NCBI GenBank assembly: GCA_002633005.1
Contig: NMRA01000334.1
Location: 1-64,000, forward strand
DNA: 64,000 nucleotides
Source of the DNA: Phoronis australis
Taxonomy: Eukaryota > Animalia > Phoronida
Direction of reading: 5' to 3'
A program made the position numbers and the translations under genes. Below, in pieces: positions 23,773-38,467 of this stretch. Positions within the stretch are counted from its first letter, which is position 1; each line of letters opens with the position of its first letter. Under the pieces are notes generated by a model. It saw nothing but the letters and a program-made list of their open reading frames with translations, was not told the DNA's origin and did no database searches.

Positions 23773-24248
23773 CAGGCCTTTATCCAGGATTTCAAAAATA
23801 GGGTGTCCAAAATGGGGTTCCCAATATTCCAGGGCGTCCATGATTCCGACGCGTAACCCCCCACCCCCAGCAATCCCCCCAAACACACTGATTTTTTAGA
23901 AAAAATGCATAGACCAAGGTTTTTACCTCTAAGTTTACAAAACAGCCTTCTGTAGTGAGCATTTTTACTAAAAAAAATGTAGACCAAGAGTTTCCAATGC
24001 TATCAACCAAGTGTGAGCATAGGAACTTTGTATATACATTGTATATTTCTTCCTGCTTTGAAAAAAGAGCCACCACTGTGAGTCTTCAGAGGCTTCCTAG
24101 TAATCATTACAATGTGTGTGTCCAAACTTGAAAGGTTCCTATTGATAGTGGGCCTCTAAATGATACATTGGGCTTTGTTGCCAGGGCGTCCATATTAGTG
24201 CTGAGGTGTCCAAATGGATGCCCAGGACCTACGCTGCATAAAGGCCTG
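23773..24248. mobile_element. hAT-type MITE with 8-bp TSD
   Basis: TIRs caggcctttat / ataaaggcctg; flanks tcctgcta / tccggcta. Confidence 0.85.
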
Positions 24249-27200
24249 TCCGGCTATACCTTGGCATAAGTTAAGAGCACGCAAATACATCTTTAAACCT
24301 AGCAACAACTCCATTCAGGAGTACGGTAACTTGTTCTTAGTCTGTGTGTGGAGTCCACACTGTGGACGGCACTAAACAATAACGAATTATCAGTTCTTTG
24401 CAAACCACGATATCACTTCTCATTTGAGGACCAACTTGAGGCCATTTTTTGGGGTACGCGGCTTCAAATAAAAACTTGCTTCTTGGTATTAGAGCTGCTT
24501 TAAGCACTCTAGCAATTAGTCTGACATTACCATGCACCTGTGCTAGAATTAACTTTCCTTAGACAAGGTGCCAAGCTGGTTTCAGTAATGATGGCAGGAT
24601 TTGCAACCTGATGCAGAAATAATTAACAGCTGGGGGAAACCGATGTTTTACAAGTATTTATCTTGTCAGTGACTATTGTTTGTTCTCTTATCAAATGTAA
24701 AATCCCTCATCAGTATGCGTTTTAAATAGATTTGCTGTCAGTAAACTTCTTCATAATGTGCATTCCAAATAAAATCCCATTTGATGAAGTCAATGTTACG
24801 CTTTTCTCAAACGTTGAAGGAGTTTGGATAGTGCATTTAAAGCACACAAATAAAGTGGGTTTGAAGGGCAGAACTTGACCTTGTAGTTTGGTAGGATTCT
24901 AAAGTCTAATGTTACCATTTTCCAATTTATTTGCAGTAGTGAAAACTGTGAACTTGAGACTTGAGTGGGTGTTGATCATTATACCAACCAGCGTGTCAGT
25001 TATCATTGCCTCCATTATGTGGGAGCTGTGTTCAGTGCCCCTTAGTCTGTGGAGTAATGGATGGGAAATGTTGCTCTGGCGTGTTAGAAATTACCTACAG
25101 CTAACACCTGTCCAGTCATCAGTCTAGCAAAAATAGAGCGTTTGTAAAAACTGCACCTGAATTTATTTTCTTCATTTAGCATTACAGTAATTCTCCACTT
25201 ACTTGGTACACTTGCGTCATTTCGCACACTCAAAATCAATTGGAAAAACAATTTTTCGTCCCTAACTTATGGAGGGAATATCTTGTCTCACCTAATTCGC
25301 ACATAGTCAGTTGTGCTTTTTGTGGGGTAAAGTACTCTTCTACTGGAACGGGATAAAGTAACTTATTTGATCATGTTTACAACTTACTGGTTGCATTTTG
25401 TTAAATAAATGCACAGGCCGTAGGGATGCTTGGTTACTCAGTTAATATCCCACACCCATCGACTACGAAAGTCTGTATGATTCCGTTTGTTTGGCTCATC
25501 CCAATTATTAGAAAAATATATTTATTTTGTTTGAAATAGGTGAAGAATTGTGGTAAAAACTTGTGTCTTTCATGTCGTAATGGTTTAAACAATTTTTTTT
25601 GTTTTGATATCGGGATTAAAGTCAAGAAATGAACAAATTTTAGATTTATTTTTGTAATGTTTTAAGGCATTCTGTTCTTTGTTTTTGGGAGAGCATTCTT
25701 CAATAAGCATGTGATGTTGCAAATAAGAGATTCAACATAGTGAATAAATGATTCAGAGTTTGGGCAATTTCTAAACAATATATTCACTTTAAGCCTGATT
25801 TGGTTTTTTAGACAATGTATTTTAAAATTATGGGTACTTGAATAGAATTTTCCAAGAAATGTTCATCTGCTCTGTCCTCACCGGTGCTCAAACCTTGGAC
25901 CGTCTGCAATTTGCGCAGGTGCTGGGACCATGTGGTCTCAGCCTACATACACAGTCACTGATATCATTTGTGATTTATTTTCTCTTAACAAAATTGGCAT
26001 AATAGACAGTAAAAGTTTTCTGCGTGTTTTTTTCTGATATGTAGTAAAAGTATCCAATTTCCTCCACATTTTTCAATATAACATCTTCGAAATTCATCCA
26101 TTCTGCTTTTGAATACATCTGGAGTATCATGACACACCATGCTTTTAATTAGAAAACATCAATCTTGAAAGTAAAGATTATTCACTGCAGCTCTTGGTAT
26201 TCTGGGCAAAAACACCATTCAGTAAGGGTGGTTAAGGGTTTAATCAATTTGTCTTTGTGACTGTTAGTTGTGACTTTATGCTCATGGAGCTGTGATCAAT
26301 AGTGGCTAATTGCCGTCTGGGGCATTGTGCCAGAAAGTGGAATGAGTAGGACCCCCTTACAGCTGATGGCGAAGTATTGAGTGATGGTTTGCAACGACAG
26401 ACACCCTTTGTGCTTTCCTATCGTTTACCTTGTCAGTTGCAACTCCAGTTTCCTGAGAATTATCCAGAAATTAGTACAGGAATTACATCATTTTGCTAAG
26501 CTTTATTGTGCCTATGTACTGGCTGATGCACATTCAGATATGTTTGTTTTTTGTCTTAAGTATGTTTATTCTTTCAATGAACTATTAAAGGTTGTATTGA
26601 GCTTTACCTCAGCTGGTCAAAACAAACGAACTTCAAAGTAAGATTAAGTAAGTTATTGTTCCTGTTAAACTACACATGTTTTCGTATGGTTGATGTTATT
26701 AGCTCAGGTTGCTGTGCCAGTATTTTCTCAAGGACAATGCCTGACCGAAAATACTATTTCAGTGCAGCAACCAAAGCTAATAAATAACACATTTGTATAA
26801 AAACGTGTAATTTAACATATTATGGTAAAAGATTTCCAGTTTAGGCAATAAAAATTTAATTATTTTGCTAATAGTAAGAACTTCTACCAAATTTTAGAAA
26901 TAGGCAATATTGGCTGTCCCAAATACAAGAATTGGTGGTCAGCATTCATTCTTGATGTTATGTACAATGAGGCTGCATGAAAAGGTTGTATTGACAGCTA
27001 TTTTTGATTATTTTATGATCTGTCAAGCCTGTTCTCAGATTGTTTTAAGTACACAATTGCAAATGCACTGTCCTGAATTTGAGAAACATGACAAGTGCCA
27101 AAATGACTGGGTCTGAGTCACCAGAATCAAGATAATTCAATTTTGCTTGAATTTACATGGCCCAAATTTTAGAAAATGTTCCAAACTAGTGAATTTTCAT

Positions 27201-28587
27201 GGTAATATGGCTTGTTAAAGGTTTGTGTAACTATCATTTCTTCGCCTATTCTGCTTTCGTTCTTGTGCAATAACTGTGTCACGTGATCGCATAATAACTT
27301 TTGGGTTTTTGCACAGACACAGGAGTATCAAGACATGGTATAAAGCGGATTATTAAACGGAAAATAAAATTTAATCTATTCCGATGATAAAATAACCACA
27401 GAAAACGAGAAGTAATAACGTGCCTGTCTTAGTCATACATGATCTTGATTAAATCAAAAGCATTCTTCTGTCGCCATTTTTGTGCGCTCAAATTTTATTT
27501 GTTTTGATAACCGTAGATGACAGATACAACTAATATTTACTTTTTATGGTATGTATTGTTTTTTATTTTTCCTTTTGTAATAACTTAGGTTATGTCTGGA
27601 GACAGTCTGGTAGCCTTGTGTACATTGTGGCTGAAAAGCGAAAATATACTTTTGTATGTTGATAAAAGGCTCCTGGAAATAAAAGCTTGGTCATTTCTAA
27701 ATTTTAAATTAAAGTAACAGCTCTATAATCTCACAGTGTTTAGTGAAATATTTGGTCCCCTGTATTGGTCCCCCGTATAGGGGTCTTCGAGTACGTACCA
27801 TGAGTGTCCTGATACTAAAAAAGTTACCTGAAATATGATTCCGCTAAGTTGATAAAGCATCTGCAAATGCAGGCAGAAAGCAAATTTATTTTGTTTTGTT
27901 TATGATAAATTCTCTTGTTTATTATATTGTTATTGCTAGCTGACCATGTTCAGGTTCTCCAAATATGTTGAATTTGCACTAGATATAAAAACAAGCTTCT
28001 GGTGATTCTATTGTATTGCATACAAAACCATGCTTTGAATAAAAACATAAAACAATTCAATACCATGTGGACTAGATTATGAGCTGACTAAGTGACTTGG
28101 TAGAAATGTATAGTTCTATATTACTTCTGTAGTATGGTTGCATTTCTTCAGTTTTGTCTCATAATCGCTAGAAATATCGCTTTTCGATAATTATTTTTCA
28201 GAGGCCTTCGTAACATAATTGCTAATTCCTATACCTGTACTCAATGTTATTTGATAACTGATAGATGCAGTTCAGTAAAATGCTACCAAAACATGAAAAA
28301 ATTAAGTCTGTATACACTTACTATAGCTTATTTGGCTGAAATCGAAATAAGTCTTTTCATACAATCGCAGACCAAGTTTATGAGAGTAAAAGGCCTAATT
28401 CGATTTTCGTTTTTACTTTCAGCCAGCTCAACAGGGTTAAATAGGGGTTGAATAGTTCTTTTGTGAAAAAATCTGGTGAATAATGAAAATTCCACTTTCA
28501 TAATTGCGGTTTAGTCAGAGTAGCTGTTACTGCAATTCTAATTTGTTTTGAGATAGGTTTTACCTTGTTTATTGTATTTTAATACAG

Positions 28588-28735
28588 GATTAAAATCGTG
28601 TTAAGGCCATGCCCATTATAGAAGCTTAAAAGTTAAACTGCTTTTGAGTACTTGACTAAAGCATTAAATTTTTATGGAGGCTTTGACAGCAACCTTTTCT
28701 AGTCAACATCTGAATAAGGATCGTTTGGTACAAAG
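28588..28735 (+). other. Probable non-coding 5'-UTR exon of the PRRT-family gene
   Basis: Pyrimidine-rich acceptor ttgtattttaatacag and consensus donor aag|gtaagg; contains only short uORFs. Confidence 0.5.
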
Positions 28736-30619
28736 GTAAGGTTTCTCCCACTTGTAGTGGCATTACAGTATTTAAATGTTACACTGTACAACACCGGATA
28801 TTTTGTATTTTGCGCGATTGCAATTTTTTTCACTGTAATAAATTAATGGAGTTTAACCTATTATTAGCACGAGTTGGCATCATTAAGTGACCGTAAGCTG
28901 CTGATTGTTTGTGCCAAAGCGGCGCTGCCGCGGTTGATTTCATCATGCCGTGTTTGAATTAATTTATTCACAGCCGCTCTGTTTATGGCAGTGGTTAATA
29001 TCACAAATCAATACATTGACATGCATTACAATAGCAAAGGTGTGTGTTTATAATCATTTGCAGGGACTGGTGAAAAACTCGCTTTGTGACATTGAATGTG
29101 TGCATGTCTAGCCTGCAAGCAAGGAAATGGTATACAGGTATTTGGGTGGTTGTGAACCCACGTTTTCTTACCATGCTTGCAAGTATGAGGGAAGGTAAAA
29201 TTGTATTTGCTCAAGTCTATGCAAGCTCATCACTTGAGTGTTTACCTAGGGTTGTCTCAGTAATCTGTAAGATAAAGTAACAATGTAAGAAAACCAAAAG
29301 CATACTAGCCTTTGATCAGGATTTGTGTAGGACGTTTCTAGGTATGCTGTATTTGGGTCAGGTATCTCTATAACCCAGTTTTCACCTCTTCATCTGATAT
29401 TGTCGCAATGAGTCTGTGGGATAAATCCAAGAAAAATGCTTACCGAAATCTAGAATCCAATACGAGATTGGTTCCTAGGTGAAACTGGTGTTTTGATTTG
29501 ATCGCGATGGTTGCACGATGGTTGTAGGTTGGAGAAAACTTAAAACTTGTATTTGATCAGGTTCATCTCCTGTACGGTCAAATCCCACCAATTTTAGACA
29601 ACAATAATCTTTTTGCATTTTTAAAGCCTTTTTATGCTCTTGCGAATGCCCGCTGTGTCTCGACATGTCTGATATGGTAGCTATGATGTAGAACTCTAGA
29701 ATTAACTTTTAAGAATTGTATTTTGTTAGTATTTGGTTGGTGCTACTTCTCCATCATGAAAAGAATGAACACGTAAAATTTCGCTTGTCAGTCACATTTT
29801 GTTCTGAAATGGTGAGATTTTACTTTTATTATCTGTCTATCAATTACTTACGGTACCTGTCACTGTCTCATTAACCTAAACATGGTAAAGTGATAATGCG
29901 CTTGCTTTTCCTCGCCTGTTGTCTCTTGTTTGGCGAGTGTTGTTTGTGGGTTAATTCCAACTTGAAAGCTTGTCTGTGTTCACACAGTGAATGAAAAGTT
30001 CGCGGACAAAAAGCTGCGAGCTGAGCTACAGACTCCATAGAGGTTACCGACAAACAGCGAGCAAAACATTTACAGACCTATTCGTAGTAAACCGTGTAAA
30101 TGTAGTGCACACAGTTACAATGAGCTGGAAAAAGATTTGTTGACAGGTGATGGAATGATTGTTTTTCATCGACTGCCGAATGTAAGGGGCTAAACACTTA
30201 GTTCCCCTCGCCCTCATGCTGTGAGGATTTACGCATGCATTAAAGCCACAAAGAGAGACATTCGCATCACTGCCTTACGAGGCAAAAGGTTCACTGTTCA
30301 TTTTACTGGTAGATGTAGATTATGAGCTGAGCTAAATTGCAATTGAGGCGGGTAGCTCTTCGTCTGCGCTCGGTGCTCGCCTTTATTGTAAGATGTGTAC
30401 TTTTTATAAGACCCTTTCACACCCGCTTATTTCCGTTACAAGGGGAGTGTCGATGTAAACTGTGGAGCTATTTGAATCATTCACACTGACTGTGGAAGTT
30501 GATGTTATCGCTTGTTTATGTCTGGGACGTTGAAATTATCCTAAGCTGGCACCATGAAAGTATAATTGTTCCTACACAACTTGTATACTCTCACATATAT
30601 GATCTATGTGTGAGTGCCA

Positions 30620-31862
30620 TCATCTCCTTTTGGACTTCCGGTGTCAGCTGATTCGTATCGCCAGACCAGATCTTAGGACCTTCATAAAAGTTGGCAGATG
30701 TGTTTCTTTGGAGTTGGAGACATATGACGATGACTTTTGGATGGATCCAACTGCCATTTACCACTAGTGGCAATTTTATTTTTTTCGCTTGCCTCTGTAT
30801 CTTTGACAGAATTTCATGAAATTTGCCAAATAGGTCTCTGTTATGGAGAATGCTTCCATTTTCAAAATTTAATATATTCTCTGGCACCTAGTGGCCATTT
30901 GTAGTATTTTGGCGTCCACGCCTGTATCCGCTAAACCACCTGATCATTATGAACTTGAAAGGTGTTTTTGTCTGAGAAGAACCTGGCTGACATTTATTTC
31001 GGACAGGTCTGACTACTGTGGCATCCTCTTGTGCCAATTTATTTTGCTTGTGACTGAATATCTACCACGTTGCTTGACATGTCTTCATGATATTTCTGTT
31101 TTCATTGAGTGGAGCGCGGCTGACATTGGTTTTCGGACGAGTCTAACTTCAGTTTGGCTCCTTGTTGCATTTTTGCATTTGCGTCAATATCTACCATGTT
31201 GCTTGATAGATCACTGTGAAATGTGTTTTGTATTTTCTTTTGAGGATAGTACGTTGATTTCAGAATGGGTCTGACAACTGTGCCATTCCCTAGAAGCAAT
31301 TTAGATTTTTTCCTTGTGACTCAATTTCTACCAATAGATCGTCTCACAAAGGACCCTATCCAGTTTCAGATGGACTCGACTTTCTTTGCGGTCATTTTTA
31401 TTATTTTTGTGTCTGTTTTTTGATTTTTGCCTCCCTATCTGCAAACTGCTTGAAGAATCTCCGTGAAAGTTTACAGAAGTGTTCCTCTTAAGAGGAGCGT
31501 GGCCGACATTGATTTTTTAGCTGCTCAGATGTAGTGCCCTGAAGGCAATTTATGGTTTTCTTTGCATCTGTCTCAATGTCTATGGAATTCTTTGATCATC
31601 GTTAAATTTGGCGTATGTGTTCGGTTCCTGTTGAGGAAAGAACTGGCTGCTGTTGATTTTTGGACGGTTCGGCTAAAACTGTGGTGCACCCTGGTGACAA
31701 GTTGTTGTGGATGCTTCTGTATCTTTTAAGTTTTTTGATGAAATTTCATGAACTTTAATGTCCTGTGTTGCTCATGAGGAATGCCTGCACAAATGATGAT
31801 GTTTTTCAAATGGATCCAGTCTCTGTTGGCAGATGTCAACCCTCCGTGTTGCTCTTGTTTTG
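30620..31862 (+). mobile_element. Older, degenerate member of the same Helentron-type repeat family
   Basis: Shared blocks ccactagtggcaattttatt, cacctagtggccatt, ttttggcgtccac, tctgactactgtggc. Confidence 0.55.
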
Positions 31863-31917
31863 AATGTGCTAAAAAACATGTCAATGTTCTGATAATAATA
31901 AAAATGAAGTTCTTATA

Positions 31918-33417
31918 CCGTATTCGCCCTAATAACCATCCATGACCCTATAAGAACCCCTCCCCCCCACACATTTTCAGACTTTGCTGAAATAAGCGCC
32001 CAGCCTATGAACGTGTACATGCGAAAAATGACTTACCTACTGCACTAAAATTCTACAGTAACATCTTCAATTTGTCGACGAAATCTGGCAGTCCTGAAAA
32101 AATCATTGTGCACGGAATTTTTAGACCACCAGCCTCGCCGCTATATGTCGATATTTAACCATGACTATGCACTTCAAACTTCCGCTGTGCTCTAAAAAAA
32201 CCCAAGTTTTGCTGATCTTGCGAAGAACGTGTCCCTCTGGCCTTTCAGAACAGACACAGCGTACATGTCAATGAGATTGAATGTTTCCCATACAGATTCC
32301 ACATCTTCTCCCTCAACAGGATTCCAAATTTCCTTGTGCATGTTAAAACTGCTAAGAATCGAAGACATAAAAAATTGGTGTTAAAAGCACGTGGCCAGGA
32401 AGGGCCCACTACAACTTGTCATCACAGACATTAATCTTCAGGAGCTATCTATTCACAACGGGTAGCATAGCATCGGCAAGAAATAAATATTGGCACTAAT
32501 TTCCTACAGTTTCTAATACCATAAAACTTTTGCGTTATTTTTAAGAGGGATTGTTTATTAATTAATCATAATTGGTGTTTTTATAGCCAAGTATCTGATG
32601 AAATGCTAACACACCCTTACACCCGAAAAATAACTGTCAGACAATCACGTACGCATCCAGCCACACTGCGGCTAATATGGGCCTAACAAGACAATTGTCG
32701 AACGTTTTTTAGCAGATGAGACTGGCAAGTGCTGAATAAAACACGTTCTGCTTTACTGCTTGTGCCAATTTCTTGCGATACAATTCACATCTAGCTCGCT
32801 CGATTGCATTTACTCTCACTGACAGTTGAACTCTGGTTACACGCACGTGCTCGCTTACTCGCACACGCAGACGAACTTCTTGAAAAACAAACATCACGTG
32901 ACAACAACGTGTGTTCCTCCAGAGATTTTTCTCGTGTTACTGGGTAGGCCTACCATCATAGATGGCACGATCTAGCACAGATTTGGACTTAACCTGCCAT
33001 TAACCCCGACTCCAGGGGAACTTAAAAATCTTAAGGATGTTATTTGGAAAACTTAAGGAGGATTTCAGGTAATTTGCTTGAGCCAAAACTGTATTTTTAT
33101 TCAAGCATTCAAGTTGCCATTTCGACGATTGCAAGGCAGTTATGTATCAGTCAGTGAGTTTTCGCCCTGGGATTTCTGCACAATATTCTGTAAAATGATC
33201 GTAATTTAACAACAAAATTTGATAGCAATGTACTACAATTTTGTAGAAAGTCTGTCATAGGTTGCAGAGATACGTCATACTGTAAATATGATGAATCTTT
33301 GCTTCCAATTTCACCCACTTCGGAGACTGGGCTTCAACCGCCTTGGGTTACAATAAGCGCCCCCCACCCGAAACGAATTTTTTTAAGCGCCCTGGGGGCT
33401 TATTAGGGCAAATACGG
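31918..33417 (-). mobile_element. TA-TSD DNA transposon (mariner/pogo-like ends) carrying a decayed HIRAN-like coding segment
   Basis: TA|ccgtattcgccctaataa ... ttattagggcaaatacgg|TA; subterminal taagcgccc repeats; frameshifted HIRAN-like peptide at ~32060-32368 (-). Confidence 0.8.
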
Positions 33418-36400
33418 TAGGTGTAAAAGGATGAGTATTTGAAATTAACAAATTATAATACTGCATGTGTTGCTACTTTGGTCCACAACACTGCTAAGTG
33501 CATCAATACCTCTATGTTGACGTGAAAGGCCTCGGAGTGCAGGTATGTTGTCTGATCAGAAAACCAGATGAAGCACTTAAAAGGAACATTTATAAATGAA
33601 GTGCTCGCGCCAAAGGTTACATATCGATTCATAGATTTTGCTATTTCTGTAGGTCATGGCCATTTGTCCTGAATTGTCAAATTCTGAAATGAGCCGGACA
33701 GAATTCGCTATTGAAGTACGGTTACCAAACCTTTGTCCAAATTGATCGGTGATTGAGAAAAATGAACAACTTCCAAACAATGCCGTCAAGTTCGCAACAA
33801 ACACGAGGGAGTGAATTCTGTGAACACTTGTCCCAGAAACGAATCGGTCAAATGTCTGGACTGCAGTAAAATTGATCAGACATTCTAAAAATGGATCAGA
33901 CCCAGTTTGTTGGCCTAAGCTATTTTGCTAAAACAAAATCTACTGATTTTTTGGTTATAACTCTTGTTCTGAACACTATAACTTGTTGTAACAGTATTGC
34001 GTTACAACCCTCTGTAGTGTGCTAGTTATATAACTGTTGCAACTTGGTATGAACACGCCAGTTGTAATGATTACAACATTGGTGCTGCTGCTGCTGTCAA
34101 ATCTCAGGAAACAATGGCACACCGAGGCATCAGCTGAGGTGAATCTGAAAACGATAGCACTGACAACGAGCGACAAAGACTACGAACTAGGGTTTCGGTA
34201 GTTTTTAGTTTGTGTGAACGATAACGATTACATAACAGTTACATCCATTGAAAGAGTTACAACTAGGTTTAGTTGATCTAAACTCAGCGCAGCATCTATG
34301 CTCAAAATGCAAAATATTCTAGCCAATCGTGTGTGATCACCATTGGCAAACTGAGCTTACCCCCCACAGGGATTCATGTAACTGCAGACTTTGGGAAGAC
34401 ATTGTCCTGTTTTACAACAACCTCATGGAAAACGATAGCTGAATGGGGAATTTTAACATCTATTGTTGATAAATTTTATCAAGACCTACAATCTGTTGTT
34501 TTAGTTGAATAAATATTCAGACTTGAGTGGCGATCACAGACTATTATCGTCTATTTTTACCTTAAATGTCACACTTGCAAATGCCCCCTGTCCTGTGATG
34601 TCAGAGTGACCTCATACGGAATACTCGCATATGGCGAGAGTCAGTCTTGTGAATTTGGACCCCCACTTGGATCCTGGATGAGTCCCTGGCCCCCCTAGTT
34701 GTGTCACTGTGTAAGTCATCTAATTTGAGGGAGGATTATAAAAAGGGCAAATTAGACATTTGACTAGTGTTCAGTTGCGAAACTTATTTCAGACAACGGC
34801 TCAAACATGCGATCTGCCTTCTGATGAGATGGCTAGTAACTCCTGTTAAGGCCCAGGCTCGATGAGTGGAGAATTATCACACTTATTCCCTCATGAGTTT
34901 GATGAGCTAACCGTTGCATATTGATCCTGGCTAATAATTCATATATGCGTGAATAATGTAACATTTTATGATCAAGTGTTATAGTAACATCACAAATTTA
35001 ATGGTTTTGAAAAATGACATTTCTTCTTTTAAACATCGTTGAAAGCCGCATTCCGTCCTGTTCATGGGTAAAGTGAAATGTCGAAGTTGTAATCAAAGCG
35101 TTTTTGGGTTTTAAAAGATTTTCCAATTTTGAATTGTATCTGAATGCGAGCAACTTAAGTCACAGACAATGTGTACATGCGCCATTTTCAAGTTGTTTTC
35201 TTGAGTGACTGATGGTTTTGATGTTCAGAAATGAATTATTATCTTGTTAATGAATATTATGTGACCTTTTGTGATTCAGGGTAGGCAGTTTAGCTACGCA
35301 GGGCAAAATCCAAATTTTCGCGCAATTTGTAGCTGCGATAAAGTCTCAACTATTTCAATAAAAAGTAAATGACAGAATTGCTCTTTTTTCTAACTTAAGG
35401 CCTAACTTCAATGGAATTTTGTTATTTTAGATGAATTGGGCTAACCAGATAGTCCAAGCAAAGCCTTAGTAAAATAAGAAAACGAGAGTTCAATCTCGCA
35501 AGTGTAAACCCGGCAAATGATAGGTGAAGCTGCCTTTTCGTGCCATGTTGCATTACCGCCGAGATCCCAGCACAAACAACAAATGGCCGATAACAGTTGT
35601 ACTGAATAGGGGTCTGAATAGAACACCGTTGCAAAGTGGGGGTGTTATTCGCAGCTGTTTGAATTAAAATGTGATTCTTTCGGTGACGTAGACAAAAGCA
35701 AGCCAATACGCCTAGCAGTTCGTTACATTTGGCAATTTATGGCACTAGTGGGCTCAGAGTGATGCTCTTAACATACTGTAGGAACCAAATTTACAGGTGT
35801 TACCATTCATGATAGGCTTTAAAAGCATGCCAAACCCTGTTTTGACGATTTCAGCTAATTTTCGTTCTGTCACTTGCTAATGCATTATCGGCATTGATAA
35901 TGAAAGTTAATAGCAGGAATCAACTAAAAACTTATACTCCCTGTGACAATTTGGATATTATGTTTCTTGGTGGGTGGTCTTTCTCCATATTACCCTATAA
36001 TTTGCTAATAGCCTAGACCAGGCTTGTGTTTAGCAGACTAAGAAAAAGGTTTTCAAATTTTTCTCCAAATTTTTGATGGGTTGCCAAGGTTTATAGAGCG
36101 TTATTTTGTTTCAAGGAATTGGATGGGGAAGGTTGTTTTTATATCTGTTAATAGGCCAAAACTGGGTTTGGTATTCTTTTAAGAATTTGGCATTATTGCG
36201 ATTGATCACAGATTTTCAAAACATTGCCTAATGGAACTGTACTCATAGAAAGTCAGTAACCCGACAAAAACTGTTTTTCCATCATGGCAGGCAATGACCC
36301 CTCATGATGGGTCAGTCTCTGAGCTACCCTGATGGTGTATTGTTTCACCTAGTACAAATACAAAACCTACACTTTTACTAACCCTTCTTTCAATGCTGGA

Positions 36401-37749
36401 TTAAGGGTTTGCGGGACTTTAGCTATCAGAAATCCGGAGGGGCCCCACTGACTAATCCTGAGGTGACTTAGGTAAACGTGATTGTATAATTCATTTCTTG
36501 TAATTTAAATATCAACTGGAGTAAACTTCATGCAATGACTGATCAAAACAACTTTGAGACTTGTGTTGCTGTTTTTGCGGTTAGCTGGTGTAATAAAACT
36601 ATTTAGTTTGGGGATTTTATTAAGTCCTCTTCAAATTGTTGTCTTTTTCTCTTTCTGGTGACTGCTGTTGTATGTTTATTTCGTTTTGACCTAAAAACAA
36701 TGGAAAGTGCTATTAATTATCCAGCTTAGTTGTTGAGACAGTAGCCAAGTATCAGTAAAAGAACATAAGCTATATGTTTATATTGGATCAATAGATTGCC
36801 ATAACAAATCATGGTAATCATGAGATAGTTTAGGTGAACGTTTCCTGAACTTGAAATGAAAACAACTAGGCTACAAACATGCGTGTGCACTTTAGCTATT
36901 ATGATTTTCCTTAGTATTTTATGCAAGATCCTTAACTCTTGTAAAATTTTACTTTTTAGATCTCTGGCTACGTGATTTATAAAAACCTTGTGAGTTGTGT
37001 ATATCACTTGTCAGAGACGTCCACTAATATTTGTGTCCACCAAAAGCAAGTTTGACAACTGTGTGTGCGCGCCGCGGTGTTAGTGTGTACAAAGCTCTAG
37101 CAAAAACAAAACAAAAATTAATGGTATAGAAAATCACGAAATGTTGTTTATTAAATGCATTGGAGTGACAGCATTAATTGTTCTCAACATCTCTCTTTGC
37201 TCAACTATTCATTTAAAAGTTCCAAACAAAAAATTTGGGGTCACTGTTTCTACAAGGTGGGGCCCCTGTTTTGTGCAGGGCCCTAAGCTGTACCTTGGTA
37301 TTGCTTAATCAGTGTAATCTAGCCCTGCCTTCTCCCTGCATGTGTACGCAAGTGTTGATACTTTTATCAAGGGTTCATTTTTGTAACTGTGTGTGAAGCT
37401 CAACAATTATAAGAATGTCTTGATGTTTGTGTGGAAGTATTACTGCCTTATCAAAGCCATTATTTTTTTGTTTTGTCATATTTTTAGATTCTGCATTTCC
37501 TTTAAACCTTACATGTTCCCCATCCTCCATCAGTCCTTATAGTGAGAGTTTTGTAGACTCCTGACAAAGCATCTCAATTGTGAATGATCATAATAGACAT
37601 GCCTGATGGAACTTTTCGTCGTATTTCTGTGAAAAAAATCTATAATCTGATTAAAAGCTTTTGAAAATCTGTAATGGTGTTTTAGGTTAATGATTTCAAC
37701 TAAGAAAATTTATGTTAGCGAAATTTGGTTTTATTTATGTTGTTATTAT

Positions 37750-37960
37750 CGTTGTTTTGAAAACAGTTCACTTAGAGCAGCCCTCGCAAGATTTAGATGT
37801 TCGTCTCATTCTTTAAGGATAATTAAGGAAGATTTGTTTGTCTTGATAGAGAGAAGAGAACATGGTCCTGCTGCAATAGTGGAACGGTGGAATCGGGAAT
37901 ATACTGTCTTCTCGAATGTAAATTATACTCTGATTTGCGCATACAGTTTTTACTTATAGG
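37750..37960 (+). mobile_element. 3' fragment of a CR1/L2-group LINE ORF2 (C-terminal CCHC region)
   Basis: LRAALARFRCSSHSLRI followed, after a frameshift, by CCNSG.VE...CLLECKLYSDLR, typical of LINE ORF2 tails. Confidence 0.7.
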
Positions 37961-38467
37961 ATGGATGAGACAGTGTCCATGATTTAAATAACTCGAGAAA
38001 AATTGCTAAATATTAATTAATGCTCAGAAATGTCGAAATGCGTTTCTTGGTATAAATTAGTATTGGTTTAGATATCCTGTACTCTCTGTTTAATATATTT
38101 TTGTAATGTGTTGGCTGAAGCCATAGTTACGTTAATTACATTTACGTAACTGATTTACCTTATTACTTGATTTACCTGATTTTGTTACCATGAAGGAATG
38201 GTTCTATTTTGCTAGATTTTACCGAAAAGACATATGACCTCTTAATGGGAGATTGGTGTAAAGTTAAAATGAAATGTTATCATATACTTTTTGTCGAAAT
38301 GCACAGACTTGTTGATAGGGTCTTGTAACACCTTCAACTAAGATGTTCAAAATTACCGTACGTTAGCATAACCTCATCTTCATCTTTTGTAGGTTAATGC
38401 CAAAAAGCTGGAACTGAGAACAACAATTCCCGTGTACTCATAGGATGGGACTAAGCTGTATGACGAC

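Noticed and set aside
14600-38390. EMC3 or another gene between FANCD2 and the PRRT-like gene, as in human
   Set aside because: No EMC3-like peptides seen in the ORF track or by eye; small exons could be missed and TBLASTN would settle it.
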